Source of the DNA: Verrucomicrobiota bacterium
GTDB lineage: Bacteria; Verrucomicrobiota; Kiritimatiellia; CAIVKH01
Direction of reading: 5' to 3'
NCBI GenBank assembly: GCA_024233345.1
Contig: JACKPT010000006.1
Coordinates: 84,959 to 148,958, forward strand
DNA: 64,000 nucleotides
Both the position numbers and the translations under genes were made by a program. The notes under the pieces are model-generated. The model had not been told where the DNA came from. It did no database searches and saw only the letters and a list, made by a program, of their open reading frames with translations. Position 1 is the first letter of the stretch. Each line of letters starts with the position of its first letter. Shown in pieces: positions 45,027 through 54,048 of the stretch.

Positions 45027-46112
45027 GCCAGCAGGAAGTCATTCTCGTGGTTGGCCTGGCCCTGCTGGGGGTGGTGGTCCTGTCTTTTACCCTTCGGGCC
45101 GGACTCAACAGTATTCGCCGCAGCACGCTGGAACAGCTTCTTCTGCTCCAGAACCAGCTTCTGGCCGGGAACCAGCAAGCGACACAACAGATCGAGTCCT
45201 TCCGGCAAACCCTGCAGACGGTGACCGGGCAAATCAACCAGACCGTCGAGGTCGGGCGACGGGCCATCGACAACCGGCTTGGGAATGCCCAGGAAGCCAT
45301 TCTCCGGGTCAGTTCCCAGCTTGGGAAACTCGATGCCTCCACCCAGCGCATGGTGGAAATCGGGGAGGATGTGCAGAGTTTGCAAAACATACTGCGCTCT
45401 CCCAAACTGCAGGGCAACCTCGGGGAACTGTTCTGGCCGACCTACTCGCCCAGATCCTGCCGCCCCGGCATTTCCAATTGCAGTACACGTTCAAGGGAAA
45501 CCGTGGACGCGGTAGTCCTGCTCAAGGCCGGATGGTTCCGGTGGATGCCAAATTCCCGCTCGAAAACTTTCAACGCCTGAGCCAAGCTCCTGACGCCGCC
45601 CGCCGAGCCCTGAGACGGGAATTTCTGCGCGATGTGAAAAGCATGTCGATGCGATCGCCGACAAATACATCCGGCCCGATGAAAACACTTTCCCGTTTGC
45701 CCTGATGTATATCCCCGCAGAAAATGTCTACTACGAGGCCATTTTGCGGGAAGAGGAGGACGAAAGCGGCCCGTCCCTGTTTGCCTATACCCTGAGCCGC
45801 CGGGTCATCCCGGTCTCCCCCAACAGTTTTTTTGCCTACCTGCAGACCATCCTCCTTGGGCTCAAGGGCCTGAAAATCGAGGAGAGCGCGCGGGAGATTT
45901 TGAACCATCTCGATCGGCTCAAGCAGGAAACCGAGAAATTTTCCGAACATTTCCGTCTGGTGGGCGCACATCTGGACAATGCCCGGAAGAAATACGACGA
46001 TGCCGACAAACAACTGGGCCGGGTGGACGAAAAACTGGATGTACTGCTTGGCCTGGTGAAGTACGAAGACAGAACCGGGCAACCGGAGCAGAACTCAACC
46101 GAGCAGGATTGA
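45023..46112 (+). pseudogene. rmuC: DNA recombination protein RmuC gene broken by multiple frameshifts
   Basis: RmuC-like sequence must be pieced together from alternating frames: ...LQNILRSPKLQGNLGEL | LADLLAQILPPRHFQLQYTFKGN | VDAVVLLKAG | MVPVDAKFPLENFQRL...REFLRDVK | KHVDAIADKYIRPDENTFPFALMYIPAENVYYE...VIPVSPNSFFAYLQTILLGLKG. That is at least four frame changes between ~45425 and ~45645. The GTG start overlaps the usp stop. Confidence 0.7.
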
Positions 46113-46119
46113 TCGATCT

Positions 46120-46932
46120 ATGAAGACACATGTGATTGCGGTGGCGAATCAAAAGGGCGGGGTCGGCAAGACCACCACCACGGTCAACCTGTCCGCCTGC
46201 CTGGCCGAGCGGGGACGGCGGGTCTTGCTCATCGACATGGATGCCCAGGCTAACGCCACCAGCGGGCTGGGAATCGACAAGCAGGAGGGCCGCAGCCTGT
46301 ATCCGGTGCTGCTGGGGGAGGCTGATCCCCGCGAGTTTGTCTTGTCCACAGCCCATAAGCGGCTCGACCTGATTCCCGCCGAGGTCAATCTCGCCGGGGC
46401 AGAAATCGAGGTGGCCCGGCTCGACCGTTATCTGCACCGGCTTTCCGAGGCCCTCCAACCTCTGCTCGCCGAGGCTGGGTATGACTACATCCTGATCGAC
46501 TGCCCGCCCTCGCTCGGTATCCTCACCATGAACGCCCTCACTGCCGCTGACGCCCTGCTCATGCCGATCCAGTGCGAGTACTATGCGCTGGAGGGATTAT
46601 CGGTCATGTCGAAGCTGATCCAACAATTGCGGGACAGCGGGGCAAACCCCGGACTCGGCATTGAAGGCATTGTCATGACCATGTACGACATGCGCACCAA
46701 TCTGTCGCAACAGGTGGTCCAACAGGTTCTCCAGCACTTCGGTGAAAGCGTCTACGAAACCCTGATCCCCCGCGGGGTCCGGATCAGCGAGGCCCCCAGC
46801 CATGGCCAACCGATCATCACCTATGACCCCCACTGCACTGGAGCCACCGCCTACCGCGAACTCGCCAGGGAATTTCTGGCCCGGCGAAACGGGGGCAAAC
46901 AGGAACAACCGCCGGACACCGCAGAATCCTGA
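46120..46932 (+). CDS. parA: ParA/Soj-family partition ATPase
   Basis: VIAVANQKGGVGKTTTTVNLSACLA (deviant Walker A), ...LLIDMDAQANAT..., ...ILIDCPPSLG... Confidence 0.9.
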   Translation: MKTHVIAVANQKGGVGKTTTTVNLSACLAERGRRVLLIDMDAQANATSGLGIDKQEGRSLYPVLLGEADPREFVLSTAHKRLDLIPAEVNLAGAEIEVARLDRYLHRLSEALQPLLAEAGYDYILIDCPPSLGILTMNALTAADALLMPIQCEYYALEGLSVMSKLIQQLRDSGANPGLGIEGIVMTMYDMRTNLSQQVVQQVLQHFGESVYETLIPRGVRISEAPSHGQPIITYDPHCTGATAYRELAREFLARRNGGKQEQPPDTAES

Positions 46933-47065
46933 GCCCCAGAGTTCCGTTGCCACCCGTGCCCTGTGTTTCCTCTGGTTTGCCAATAGCTCAGTGGGTTGCG
47001 TTGGTCTGAATGCCCACGGATCTTGCGGATCGCACGGATGAGGATTAGATTGGATAAAATAGGGG

Positions 47066-47177
47066 TCGGGCAATGAGTCATCGATGTCGCGCGTAGCGCC
47101 CATCTCCGAATGGGCGTTGGCTGTTTCGGCGAGCGGGGCAAGTCGCCGATATGGAAATCGGCGCTACACTCCGGGGG
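47066..47177 (+). repeat. left copy of the 112-bp direct repeat bracketing the lower-GC island
   Basis: 109/112 identical to 55057-55168. It contains two hairpins: AGCGCCCAT-CTCCGA-ATGGGCGTT and CGCCGAT-ATGGAA-ATCGGCG. Confidence 0.9.
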
Positions 47178-47205
47178 GGAGCGGAAAAGGGGGACAAGTA
47201 GATTT

Positions 47206-47679
47206 TTAATCACGCGAACAATTTGGAGCCATGGTCTCCTTCCGCCAGGAACAGAGCTGGAGAGCTGCCAACAATAATGGCAGAACAAATATCACGGCCA
47301 GATGAATGTGGGTCACCAGGCGGTCGGCATTCGCGCCGCCGAACTGTGCCGCTAACACCAAGCCAGTGTTGATGCCAGCCATAATTGATCCAGAGATGAT
47401 GCCGGTCACGATGCTATGCTTCCCGCGAACTTTTATGATAATGCATCCGGCAATAAACAATACGCTGTTCTGAATTCCCATCCAAAGGCCATGAGCAAAT
47501 ACATTGCGCCAGAAGATCACCATCTTACTCGTCGAAGGGTAGCTCGTGTCGTCCCATAACCTGGCCCAATTTCCACTAAGAGCAAGAGTCACGAGCGCAA
47601 GAAGGCATGCTGTCACCACAGCGGAGAGGACTGCCCTCACGTACGGATTGGTTAGTCGTTTCTTTTGCATATCATGCAT
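47206..47679 (-). CDS. hypothetical 4-TM membrane protein (island)
   Basis: Hydrophobic segments AVLSAVVTACLLALVTLAL, GIQNSVLFIAGCIII, IISGSIMAGINTGLVLAA and LAVIFVLPLLLAAL. The start is uncertain (47679, 47670 or 47736). Confidence 0.5.
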   Translation of the reverse strand: MHDMQKKRLTNPYVRAVLSAVVTACLLALVTLALSGNWARLWDDTSYPSTSKMVIFWRNVFAHGLWMGIQNSVLFIAGCIIIKVRGKHSIVTGIISGSIMAGINTGLVLAAQFGGANADRLVTHIHLAVIFVLPLLLAALQLCSWRKETMAPNCSRD

Positions 47680-47692
47680 TGAACGCTGCCGT

Positions 47693-48007
47693 TCACCAGT
47701 CGTTGGCAGATGCGTCCGTATGGCTGTCAACGGCATGGTGGGAGGGCTTGTTCGGACTGTCTTCTCGATTGTGTTTTGACCTGGACCACAGAAACAGGAA
47801 TGGAACTGTGATGATCAGCATCCAGAAGGAGACGTGGGCGGCAAAGCGCAGCCGCTCGGGAACGGTGTCGAATGCGAGGGAAAGCGAAACAGGAGAGACC
47901 GCGGGGAGAGTTGCCGCACAGCATCCGAGGGCGTAGAGCAACAGGAACGCGACAGCGTAGATCACGACTGCTGCGATGCCGAATCGTTTCCATTCTGCTC
48001 TCATCAT
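47693..48007 (-). CDS. hypothetical small membrane protein (island)
   Basis: 104 aa with 2-3 TM segments (FGIAAVVIYAVAFLLLYALGCC, VSFWMLIITVPFLFLW). It is preceded by a CTGACGTTCGGA box 7 nt upstream of the ATG. Confidence 0.5.
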   Translation of the reverse strand: MMRAEWKRFGIAAVVIYAVAFLLLYALGCCAATLPAVSPVSLSLAFDTVPERLRFAAHVSFWMLIITVPFLFLWSRSKHNREDSPNKPSHHAVDSHTDASANDW

Positions 48008-48103
48008 CTCATCGTCCGAACGTCAGTGATTACCGGGTTCCGAGCCCGCAGCGGGTGAGGAATTCGATGGATCGCGTTAGCACATCCGATTATAGATACT
48101 GTT

Positions 48104-49357
48104 TCATGGAAGGACCATTCGGTAGCGAAGTGCCTTGGCATTAAGAATGCTGCCCGACGAGACAACCCAGCGGTTGCTGACAAGGTCGGGAATTAGGTGG
48201 GTGTTCTCCCAAGAACTATCCGTAAGGTTGATCGTCTGCTGGAGAATTCCGCGTGGACCACTACCGTCCCATCCGACAGAAATCGCATCAGCAGTCACGG
48301 TAAACGCTGATATCGGAACAATGGGCATGACCCTGAATCCCTTGAACATATACGTCGTGCCGCTTGCGTAACTCAGACTTGAAACATCAATCACACCCCG
48401 CACACAAGCCGCGATGGCATTGGTCGGAGATATCAAGGAGTACAACCGTGAAAACATGTGTGCATCGACCGGTGATACATGTTCACCTTCATCATGCGCA
48501 ATAACGATGCCGTTTGTGTCCAGCCAATGAATTTCAACCCATGCCTCCGAGGTCCACGGGTTATCTGAATAGATAACGCCATAGGCCACGTACATCGAGC
48601 CGGGAGATACAGGAAAGCATTGATAAATTGCGGGGTATACATTCGTCTCTTCCGCCATATGAGTATATCGTGCAACATGGTTGTACTCTTCCCAGAGGTA
48701 GGATCTACTCCACTGAGTGCCGATAGTGCTCCACCCCTCGAGGTCATCAACTGCAAAATCCGGATTCGCCAGCAAGCCTTGCGGGTTCTGTTCAAACGAG
48801 AATTGGTCAAACCCGTAGGTGTCTGTATCGGATGGCGACGAAAACGAGCGATCGACGACGGCCGCTACCCGTACAGTCACCGCTTCATTCGGTGCCACCA
48901 GCGACAAGGCTTGTTGCGACGGCTGATAATCTTGGTTCGAGTTTATTGAGGTCGTCCTCTGTGAATAGATGGTACTTCCATCGTTCCTTTTCCATTCGAT
49001 CTCCAGCCAGCATTCAGAGGATGAAATATTGTCTGCCAGGACAAACATATGTGCAGAATAGTATGCCCCCTGTGTGACCGGCACGTCCTGATATAGTAGG
49101 ATCTCGCTGCCCCAATTGGATATATCCGACTGAAATATCGCGCCATTCGCGTCGTCGCTATTACTCACTCCCTGCCCGATGCTCCATCCTGTGCCGACGG
49201 TGGTCCAACCAGAAAAATCCCCTGATTCAAACTGTCGATTGGTTAGCAAATCGGCATGAGAATATGGAACGAAGCAGACTAGTGCGGACAGTACGCTTCG
49301 TTGACATAGCCATCGCGGCGCGAAACGATTGAGTGGCAGCCTGTGTGTTGTCTTCAT
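48104..49357 (-). CDS. secreted protein with two CBM4/9-like beta-sandwich domains and a C-terminal beta-rich module (island)
   Basis: Signal-like N-terminus. LLTNRQFESGDFSGWTTVGTGWS and LLANPDFAVDDLEGWSTIGTQWS start the two domains. The tail is ...ISVGWDGSG...LTDSSWEN...ALRYRMVLP. Confidence 0.65.
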   Translation of the reverse strand: MKTTHRLPLNRFAPRWLCQRSVLSALVCFVPYSHADLLTNRQFESGDFSGWTTVGTGWSIGQGVSNSDDANGAIFQSDISNWGSEILLYQDVPVTQGAYYSAHMFVLADNISSSECWLEIEWKRNDGSTIYSQRTTSINSNQDYQPSQQALSLVAPNEAVTVRVAAVVDRSFSSPSDTDTYGFDQFSFEQNPQGLLANPDFAVDDLEGWSTIGTQWSRSYLWEEYNHVARYTHMAEETNVYPAIYQCFPVSPGSMYVAYGVIYSDNPWTSEAWVEIHWLDTNGIVIAHDEGEHVSPVDAHMFSRLYSLISPTNAIAACVRGVIDVSSLSYASGTTYMFKGFRVMPIVPISAFTVTADAISVGWDGSGPRGILQQTINLTDSSWENTHLIPDLVSNRWVVSSGSILNAKALRYRMVLP

Positions 49358-49369
49358 TATATTGTGCGA

Positions 49370-49759
49370 TTAGGATGACGGTTCGTCTGGAGACGCGCTC
49401 GGCGCGGCTCCAGGCGATACCTGTCGACTCTTTGGTTCGGATTCCCTTTCCTTAATGTATCCCAAGAGCAACAGTATCCCTGCCACATTGAGAATCAATG
49501 CGATGGGGTACAGCCCCGTCGCCACAAGGTATGCGACGGCATAGAGCTTGCCCGGGTACACAGCTTGGACGGCCTGCTCGCCGATTCCCGCGAGCAAGTT
49601 GTTAAGGCACATCAGGATGACGATTGGGGAGGAACAGGCGAAGCAGACAAGGAACCTGCGGCGGCCGAAACGTCTCACGCCCCAGAGAAGTGCACCGAAG
49701 ATAACGAGGTTGCCGAGCAGAGCCGCTGCGTTTGCTGTGTGATGAAAGGCGTCAATCAT
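49370..49759 (-). CDS. hypothetical 3-4-TM membrane protein (island)
   Basis: 129 aa, hydrophobic throughout. It is preceded by CGTTCGGAT 9 nt upstream of the ATG. Confidence 0.5.
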   Translation of the reverse strand: MIDAFHHTANAAALLGNLVIFGALLWGVRRFGRRRFLVCFACSSPIVILMCLNNLLAGIGEQAVQAVYPGKLYAVAYLVATGLYPIALILNVAGILLLLGYIKERESEPKSRQVSPGAAPSASPDEPSS

Positions 49760-49783
49760 ATCTCTTAATCCGAACGACTCGAA

Positions 49784-50668
49784 TCACGGTTTTTCAGAAG
49801 AGGCGCCGCTAAGCGCGGCTTCTGAAAATACCTGTGAATTCGTTAGTTGAGCCTCTTCTGTTTCGACCCAAAGTCCTTTCTGTTTGAGAAGCGCTTCGGC
49901 TTCCTTGTGACGTACAGGTGTCTCCAGAGCCAGTATCACCTTCCTGTCGGGCAAGTACCTTGTGACCTTGCTGAGACGAAATTCACCGGATGCACTGTTC
50001 GGGCCGGATGGCACCATTATGCTCCAGGATCTCATTCCTGCCATTTTGACGAACACAAAACAGACAGGATCCCAATCGTGCTCCGCATGTGTTCGCCCTT
50101 CGGCGATCCATTCTTCTGTCGTACGAATCAGCTCATCCCCAACTCCGTAAGCACGACACTCCATCGCGCGTGGTGAACGAGAGACGTGCAACGCATCTGC
50201 CCTCGGTTCCCAATGCAAACCAGCCATGTTCGGGCCAACGAGTGAGCACCATAGTGAGTGATGTCCGCCAAGCCAGCCGGTGAATGGTGCACTCTCAAAT
50301 CCCTCTGCCCCGCGTCGCTTCATCTCCTCCTCGTGAAGTCGGAAATCGGCGATGAGACGGTCCATGTGAACGTCGAGTTGGGGGATGGAGTTCACTTTGA
50401 TGATCTGCGTTGGTGTTGAATCAACTGTGATGGCCTCGGGCAGAGCCCCGTCACTTGCTTCACGAATGGCAGCATTTACCATGGCAACGACGTTGGTCAT
50501 CGGTTCCATTTCAAACTGGAGATCCGGTCGCACGTACGAATCCCACTTGTAGGGGAGTTGATGTGCTATCGGGTGCAACCAGCGGTATACCACAGGGGTG
50601 AGCAGTAGGCCACCGAGCAGAAGCACCGAAACCAACGCAGCAATCAGGCATCCTCGTTTTATCTTCAT
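49784..50668 (-). CDS. hypothetical N-terminally anchored protein (island)
   Basis: MKIKRGCLIAALVSVLLLGGLLLTPVV is an anchor or signal, followed by a soluble domain with no recognised family. The ORF-track N-terminal extension (to 50995) runs into the intron and was rejected. Confidence 0.55.
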   Translation of the reverse strand: MKIKRGCLIAALVSVLLLGGLLLTPVVYRWLHPIAHQLPYKWDSYVRPDLQFEMEPMTNVVAMVNAAIREASDGALPEAITVDSTPTQIIKVNSIPQLDVHMDRLIADFRLHEEEMKRRGAEGFESAPFTGWLGGHHSLWCSLVGPNMAGLHWEPRADALHVSRSPRAMECRAYGVGDELIRTTEEWIAEGRTHAEHDWDPVCFVFVKMAGMRSWSIMVPSGPNSASGEFRLSKVTRYLPDRKVILALETPVRHKEAEALLKQKGLWVETEEAQLTNSQVFSEAALSGASSEKP

Positions 50669-50735
50669 GGGCACAACACCTAGCTGAGGGGCGATGTGCC
50701 GCGCAGCGGTACATCGTCCCTCTCCAGGTCTTTGT

Positions 50736-52610
50736 GTGCGCCCAGCATGGGCGCGTTGTAAATGGGGTGCAAGTCCCCTGTAGAAAGGACCAGCACATGT
50801 ATATGTGTAACAACTACCACGCGAATCCAACGCCGGAAGGGTAACCGACCGGTGGGAGGAAGGATAGCGGAAACCGGTGGGCCGATGGACAAGAATCGCA
50901 TAGCAAGGCCGTTCGTGGCGCGATGAGTTGGCACAACACAACGAAGTCGCGGGTCCAACCACGGAGGTAAATGCGGCGGTCGTGCCGGGAAGCAACGCGC
51001 TCTTACCTGGGGAGATCCCTTCCGGGTATAACCGGGAGGAAGTCAGCAGAGGCCATAGTACCGAGCAGCGAGCCGGGGGATGAAAGAAGCCCGCTTAAAC
51101 TACGTAACCGGAAGACTCGATGTCGGGAAGGGCTGAACCGACAAGGAAGGTTCCGACCACGGATTGGACGTGAGGCCCGAACACGCCGGGATGGCGAGGG
51201 AACCACGAGAGCCGAACCGATGGGAAGCATGGGAGCCTTCGAGAATAGAACCATGATCGAACAGATACTCGACAGTGAGAACATGCAACGGGCCTGGCAA
51301 CGCGTCAGGTCCAACGCTGGGGCACCGGGTATCGACAGGATGACCGTCGATGCCTTCCCGGCGTTCTGCCGATCTCACTGGCCCCGGATTCGTTCGATGC
51401 TGATCGAGGGAACCTACCGCCCGGCGCCGGTGCGCCGGGTGTTCATTCCCAAGCCTGACGGGTCGCAACGCCCGTTGGGGGTGCCGACGGTGTTGGATCG
51501 CGTCATCCAGCAAGCAACAGCACAGGTCCTGACCCCGCTCTTCGAGAGCGGTTTCAGTGAGCACAGCTACGGCTTCCGCGAAGGCCGCAACGCCCATCAG
51601 GCGGTGCAGTCGGTGGAAGCCGGTTGGAAGGAAGGTCGCCGCCACGCAGTGGATTGTGACCTGAAAGCCTTCTTCGACACCGTGGACCATCAACGGCTGA
51701 TGGGGCAACTGCGGGAGAAGATCAGGGACCGCAAGGTCCTGAAGCTGATCCACCGGTACCTCGTGGCCGGAGTGGTATTGCCGGACGGAACCCGAGAGGC
51801 AACCCCTCAAGGCGTCCCTCAGGGTGGGCCACTCTCGCCCCTGTTGGCGAACATCGTGCTTGATCCACTCGACAAGGAACTCGAACGCCGAGGGCATCAT
51901 TTTGCCCGCTATGCGGATGATTTTCTTGTATTAGTGAAAAGCCCGAAGGCTGCCGAACGGGTGATGAGCAGTCTTACACGATTCGTTGAGGGTCGCCTCA
52001 AGCTGACAGTCAACCGGGCCAAAAGCAAAGCCGCGCCGCTCAAACAATGTGCCTTTCTGGGATTCCAGATCGGGCGCGGAGGTAAAGTGGTGTGGTCAAC
52101 CAAGGCCCTCGCACGCTTCAAGAGCCGGGTGAAAGAAATCACCCGGCGAAACCGGGGCCACCGGGTGCAGGACGTCATTGACGAATTGCGCCGGTATGTC
52201 ACGGGCTGGATCAACTACTTCCATATCAGCCACACCTACACGGCGGTGGAGGAACTGGCAGAATGGATTCGGCGAAGAGTGCGGCTGTACTTCTGGAAGC
52301 AATGGAAGCAACCACGGACCCGCCGCCGCCATCTGCTCGCTCTGGGCATCCCGCCCGGAGAGGTGCATATGGCTACACGGAGCCGGAAAGGATACTGGCG
52401 GATGAGTTCCAACAGCATCCTCCAACGGGCACTGACCAACCAACGGCTGCATGAGCAAGGCGTCCCAGATCTGCGCACGCTATGGATCAAACTCCACTAT
52501 GGGCCAAACGCCCGAGTCTAGTCGGAACCGCCCGGTGCGGACCCGCATGCCGGGTGGTGTGGGACTCGTGACTGGCTGAGGTTCCCCTCAGTCAGTCACG
52601 GGGACCCGAT
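50736..52610 (+). mobile_element. complete bacterial group II intron (about 1.87 kb; boundaries +/- a few nt)
   Basis: The 5' end is GTGCGCCCAGC... at 50736, and the RT/maturase ORF sits in domain IV. A DV-like hairpin at 52527-52558 has a 9-bp lower helix CCGCCCGG.../...CCGGGUGG, a 2-nt bulge, a 4-bp upper helix and a 4-nt loop. A long DVI-like stem at 52561-52607 has an unpaired A at 52604, 6 nt before the proposed ...GAT 3' end. Confidence 0.8.
51220..52521 (+). CDS. group II intron reverse transcriptase/maturase (no endonuclease domain evident)
   Basis: ...MQRAWQRVRSNAGAPGIDRMTVDAF..., RRVFIPKPDGSQRPLGVPTVLDRVIQQA, GFREGRNAHQAV, PQGGPLSPLLANI, and YADDFLVLV (the YADD box). The maturase X region is ...RYVTGWINYF.... 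The start is ATG 51220 or 51253. Confidence 0.92.
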   Translation: MGSMGAFENRTMIEQILDSENMQRAWQRVRSNAGAPGIDRMTVDAFPAFCRSHWPRIRSMLIEGTYRPAPVRRVFIPKPDGSQRPLGVPTVLDRVIQQATAQVLTPLFESGFSEHSYGFREGRNAHQAVQSVEAGWKEGRRHAVDCDLKAFFDTVDHQRLMGQLREKIRDRKVLKLIHRYLVAGVVLPDGTREATPQGVPQGGPLSPLLANIVLDPLDKELERRGHHFARYADDFLVLVKSPKAAERVMSSLTRFVEGRLKLTVNRAKSKAAPLKQCAFLGFQIGRGGKVVWSTKALARFKSRVKEITRRNRGHRVQDVIDELRRYVTGWINYFHISHTYTAVEELAEWIRRRVRLYFWKQWKQPRTRRRHLLALGIPPGEVHMATRSRKGYWRMSSNSILQRALTNQRLHEQGVPDLRTLWIKLHYGPNARV

Positions 52611-53121
52611 TGGCATTATCATTCTCTTGTCTGTACTCGTTCACCGCTTGAGCGAATCGCTTCTCGAAGTTCTCCAGTTCTGAACAGTTTGATTTCGAGT
52701 GTAATATGAATAGTGCCCGGTCGCCATTCTTCTTGCGGATGATTGTCCAGTCGAATTGTCTGAGTCGCCATGCTCCAGCGATCAGCGCCCAGACTCCTGG
52801 CACGGCAAGAAATGGAGCAAGTAGCGGAATCTGCTTGTTGAACTCTGAGAAGTAAACACATGCAGAACCGGCGAGGAATATCATGGCTTTTCGCAGAAGG
52901 GTACGGCTCCCGTGTCCGAATTCCGTTTGGTGATCGAGTTGCGGCGACAGGTCTGCGAGAGGATAACGCTGACTGCCTCTGCTCGTGTTCGCAGGTGTTG
53001 TCCACTCTCTTGTTAGAGCTTCAGTCGTCAACGTGAAAGTGTAGTGCCATGGCCACGAGGCTGAGTGAACGGTGCAAAGCGTTGTCTCTGTCTTCTTCAT
53101 TTCGTATTCTGCCAACGTCAC
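52588..53121 (-). CDS. hypothetical membrane protein whose 3' end is replaced by intron sequence (island)
   Basis: 177 aa with two central TM segments (AMIFLAGSACVYF, LLAPFLAVPGVWALIAGAW). The last 6 codons and the stop (RVPVTD*) lie inside the intron 3' end. The GTG 53121 start overlaps the upstream stop (GTGA); ATG 53100 is an alternative. Confidence 0.55.
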   Translation of the reverse strand: MTLAEYEMKKTETTLCTVHSASWPWHYTFTLTTEALTREWTTPANTSRGSQRYPLADLSPQLDHQTEFGHGSRTLLRKAMIFLAGSACVYFSEFNKQIPLLAPFLAVPGVWALIAGAWRLRQFDWTIIRKKNGDRALFILHSKSNCSELENFEKRFAQAVNEYRQENDNANRVPVTD

Positions 53122-53984
53122 GCCTCAGCAGACCCGGAGGGCGCGTCCGCGCGCCCTTCGGGGTATGCTGGAGGCGATGGTTCGGTGTTCTCCTGTTCTT
53201 GATTCGATTGAAGCTTCCGCCTCTTGATCAGGAACAGGATGGCTCCAAGGGGAAATGAGACCGTGAGAATCCATGGCGCATAGAGCCCCATCTTTGCCAT
53301 TCCCGCTCCGGGAATCTGCAATGCGATGGGCTGGAAGCCCATCTGTCCTGTTGTCCAGTTCAGGTTGAGCTTTGCGATCCCGACAAGAATGAAGATGATC
53401 CACAACCACTTCTTCCGGATCTTGGTGCGGACGCAAAGAACAAACGTCCAGATAATGAAGATGGGGACAGCGACGGCAAGGGCAAGTAGCACATAGTGCT
53501 GGATGCCTTTACCCGACAGGGTGAAGGCATTCAGCTCTCCAAGAGATTTCGGGATTGGGTTCACGTTCAAACCGAACACCTTTTTGTTCCCGTCTACGGT
53601 GTCGATCGTGATTGCGGCAAGAACCCAGGCATTGGTGAACTGGTATTGGTAGGTAAGGTGTGAGCGTTTCTTGTCCGGTGTTGTGAAGACATTACAGCCG
53701 ACGAGTTCCAAGGACAATGGGTCGCCGTGGTCGAGCATGGCGGCAACCTGGGTCAGATTGGACTCGATCCCGGGCTTGACGAACTGAGGATCAAGCTGCT
53801 CCGTCACAATCTTGAAATCCCCTGCAAGCAGGGCAGAAAGGCATTGTTTCGCAAGGGCCTCGTCATCATCTGGGGCCATTCGGTTCATCATGTTGCTCAA
53901 GTAATCATTGGGATTGCATCCGCATAGCGCTGTCATGAGAATGGCCACGATGACGAGCCTGAATTTCATCTGGATTCCTTTCAT
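53118..53984 (-). CDS. hypothetical lipoprotein-like membrane protein (island)
   Basis: MKFRLVIVAILMTALCGC is a lipobox. A soluble domain follows, then 3-4 C-terminal TM segments. It is preceded by AACGTTCGGT close upstream of ATG 53984; ATG 53969 is an alternative start. Confidence 0.55.
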   Translation of the reverse strand: MKGIQMKFRLVIVAILMTALCGCNPNDYLSNMMNRMAPDDDEALAKQCLSALLAGDFKIVTEQLDPQFVKPGIESNLTQVAAMLDHGDPLSLELVGCNVFTTPDKKRSHLTYQYQFTNAWVLAAITIDTVDGNKKVFGLNVNPIPKSLGELNAFTLSGKGIQHYVLLALAVAVPIFIIWTFVLCVRTKIRKKWLWIIFILVGIAKLNLNWTTGQMGFQPIALQIPGAGMAKMGLYAPWILTVSFPLGAILFLIKRRKLQSNQEQENTEPSPPAYPEGRADAPSGSAEA

Positions 53985-54048
53985 CTCTCACCGAACGTTG
54001 AATTCAGCGGCGCGGTATTCCGCGTACGCTGGAATTTGGTGTTCGGAT

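Noticed and set aside
46975-47045. tRNA-like sequence after parA (CCAATAGCTCAGTGGGTTGCGTTGG...), which could have been the integration target of the island.
   Set aside because: Only a D-arm-like TAGCTCAGTGG string is present. I could not fold an acceptor stem, an anticodon arm or a GTTCGAATC-type T-arm, so no tRNA or tRNA fragment is supported.
52561-52607. The long hairpin at the intron 3' end as a stand-alone bidirectional terminator for the convergent RT and host genes.
   Set aside because: Its position immediately after a DV-like hairpin fits group II intron domain VI better. So does the unpaired A on its 3' strand, 6 nt before a ...GAT end. A secondary terminator role cannot be excluded.
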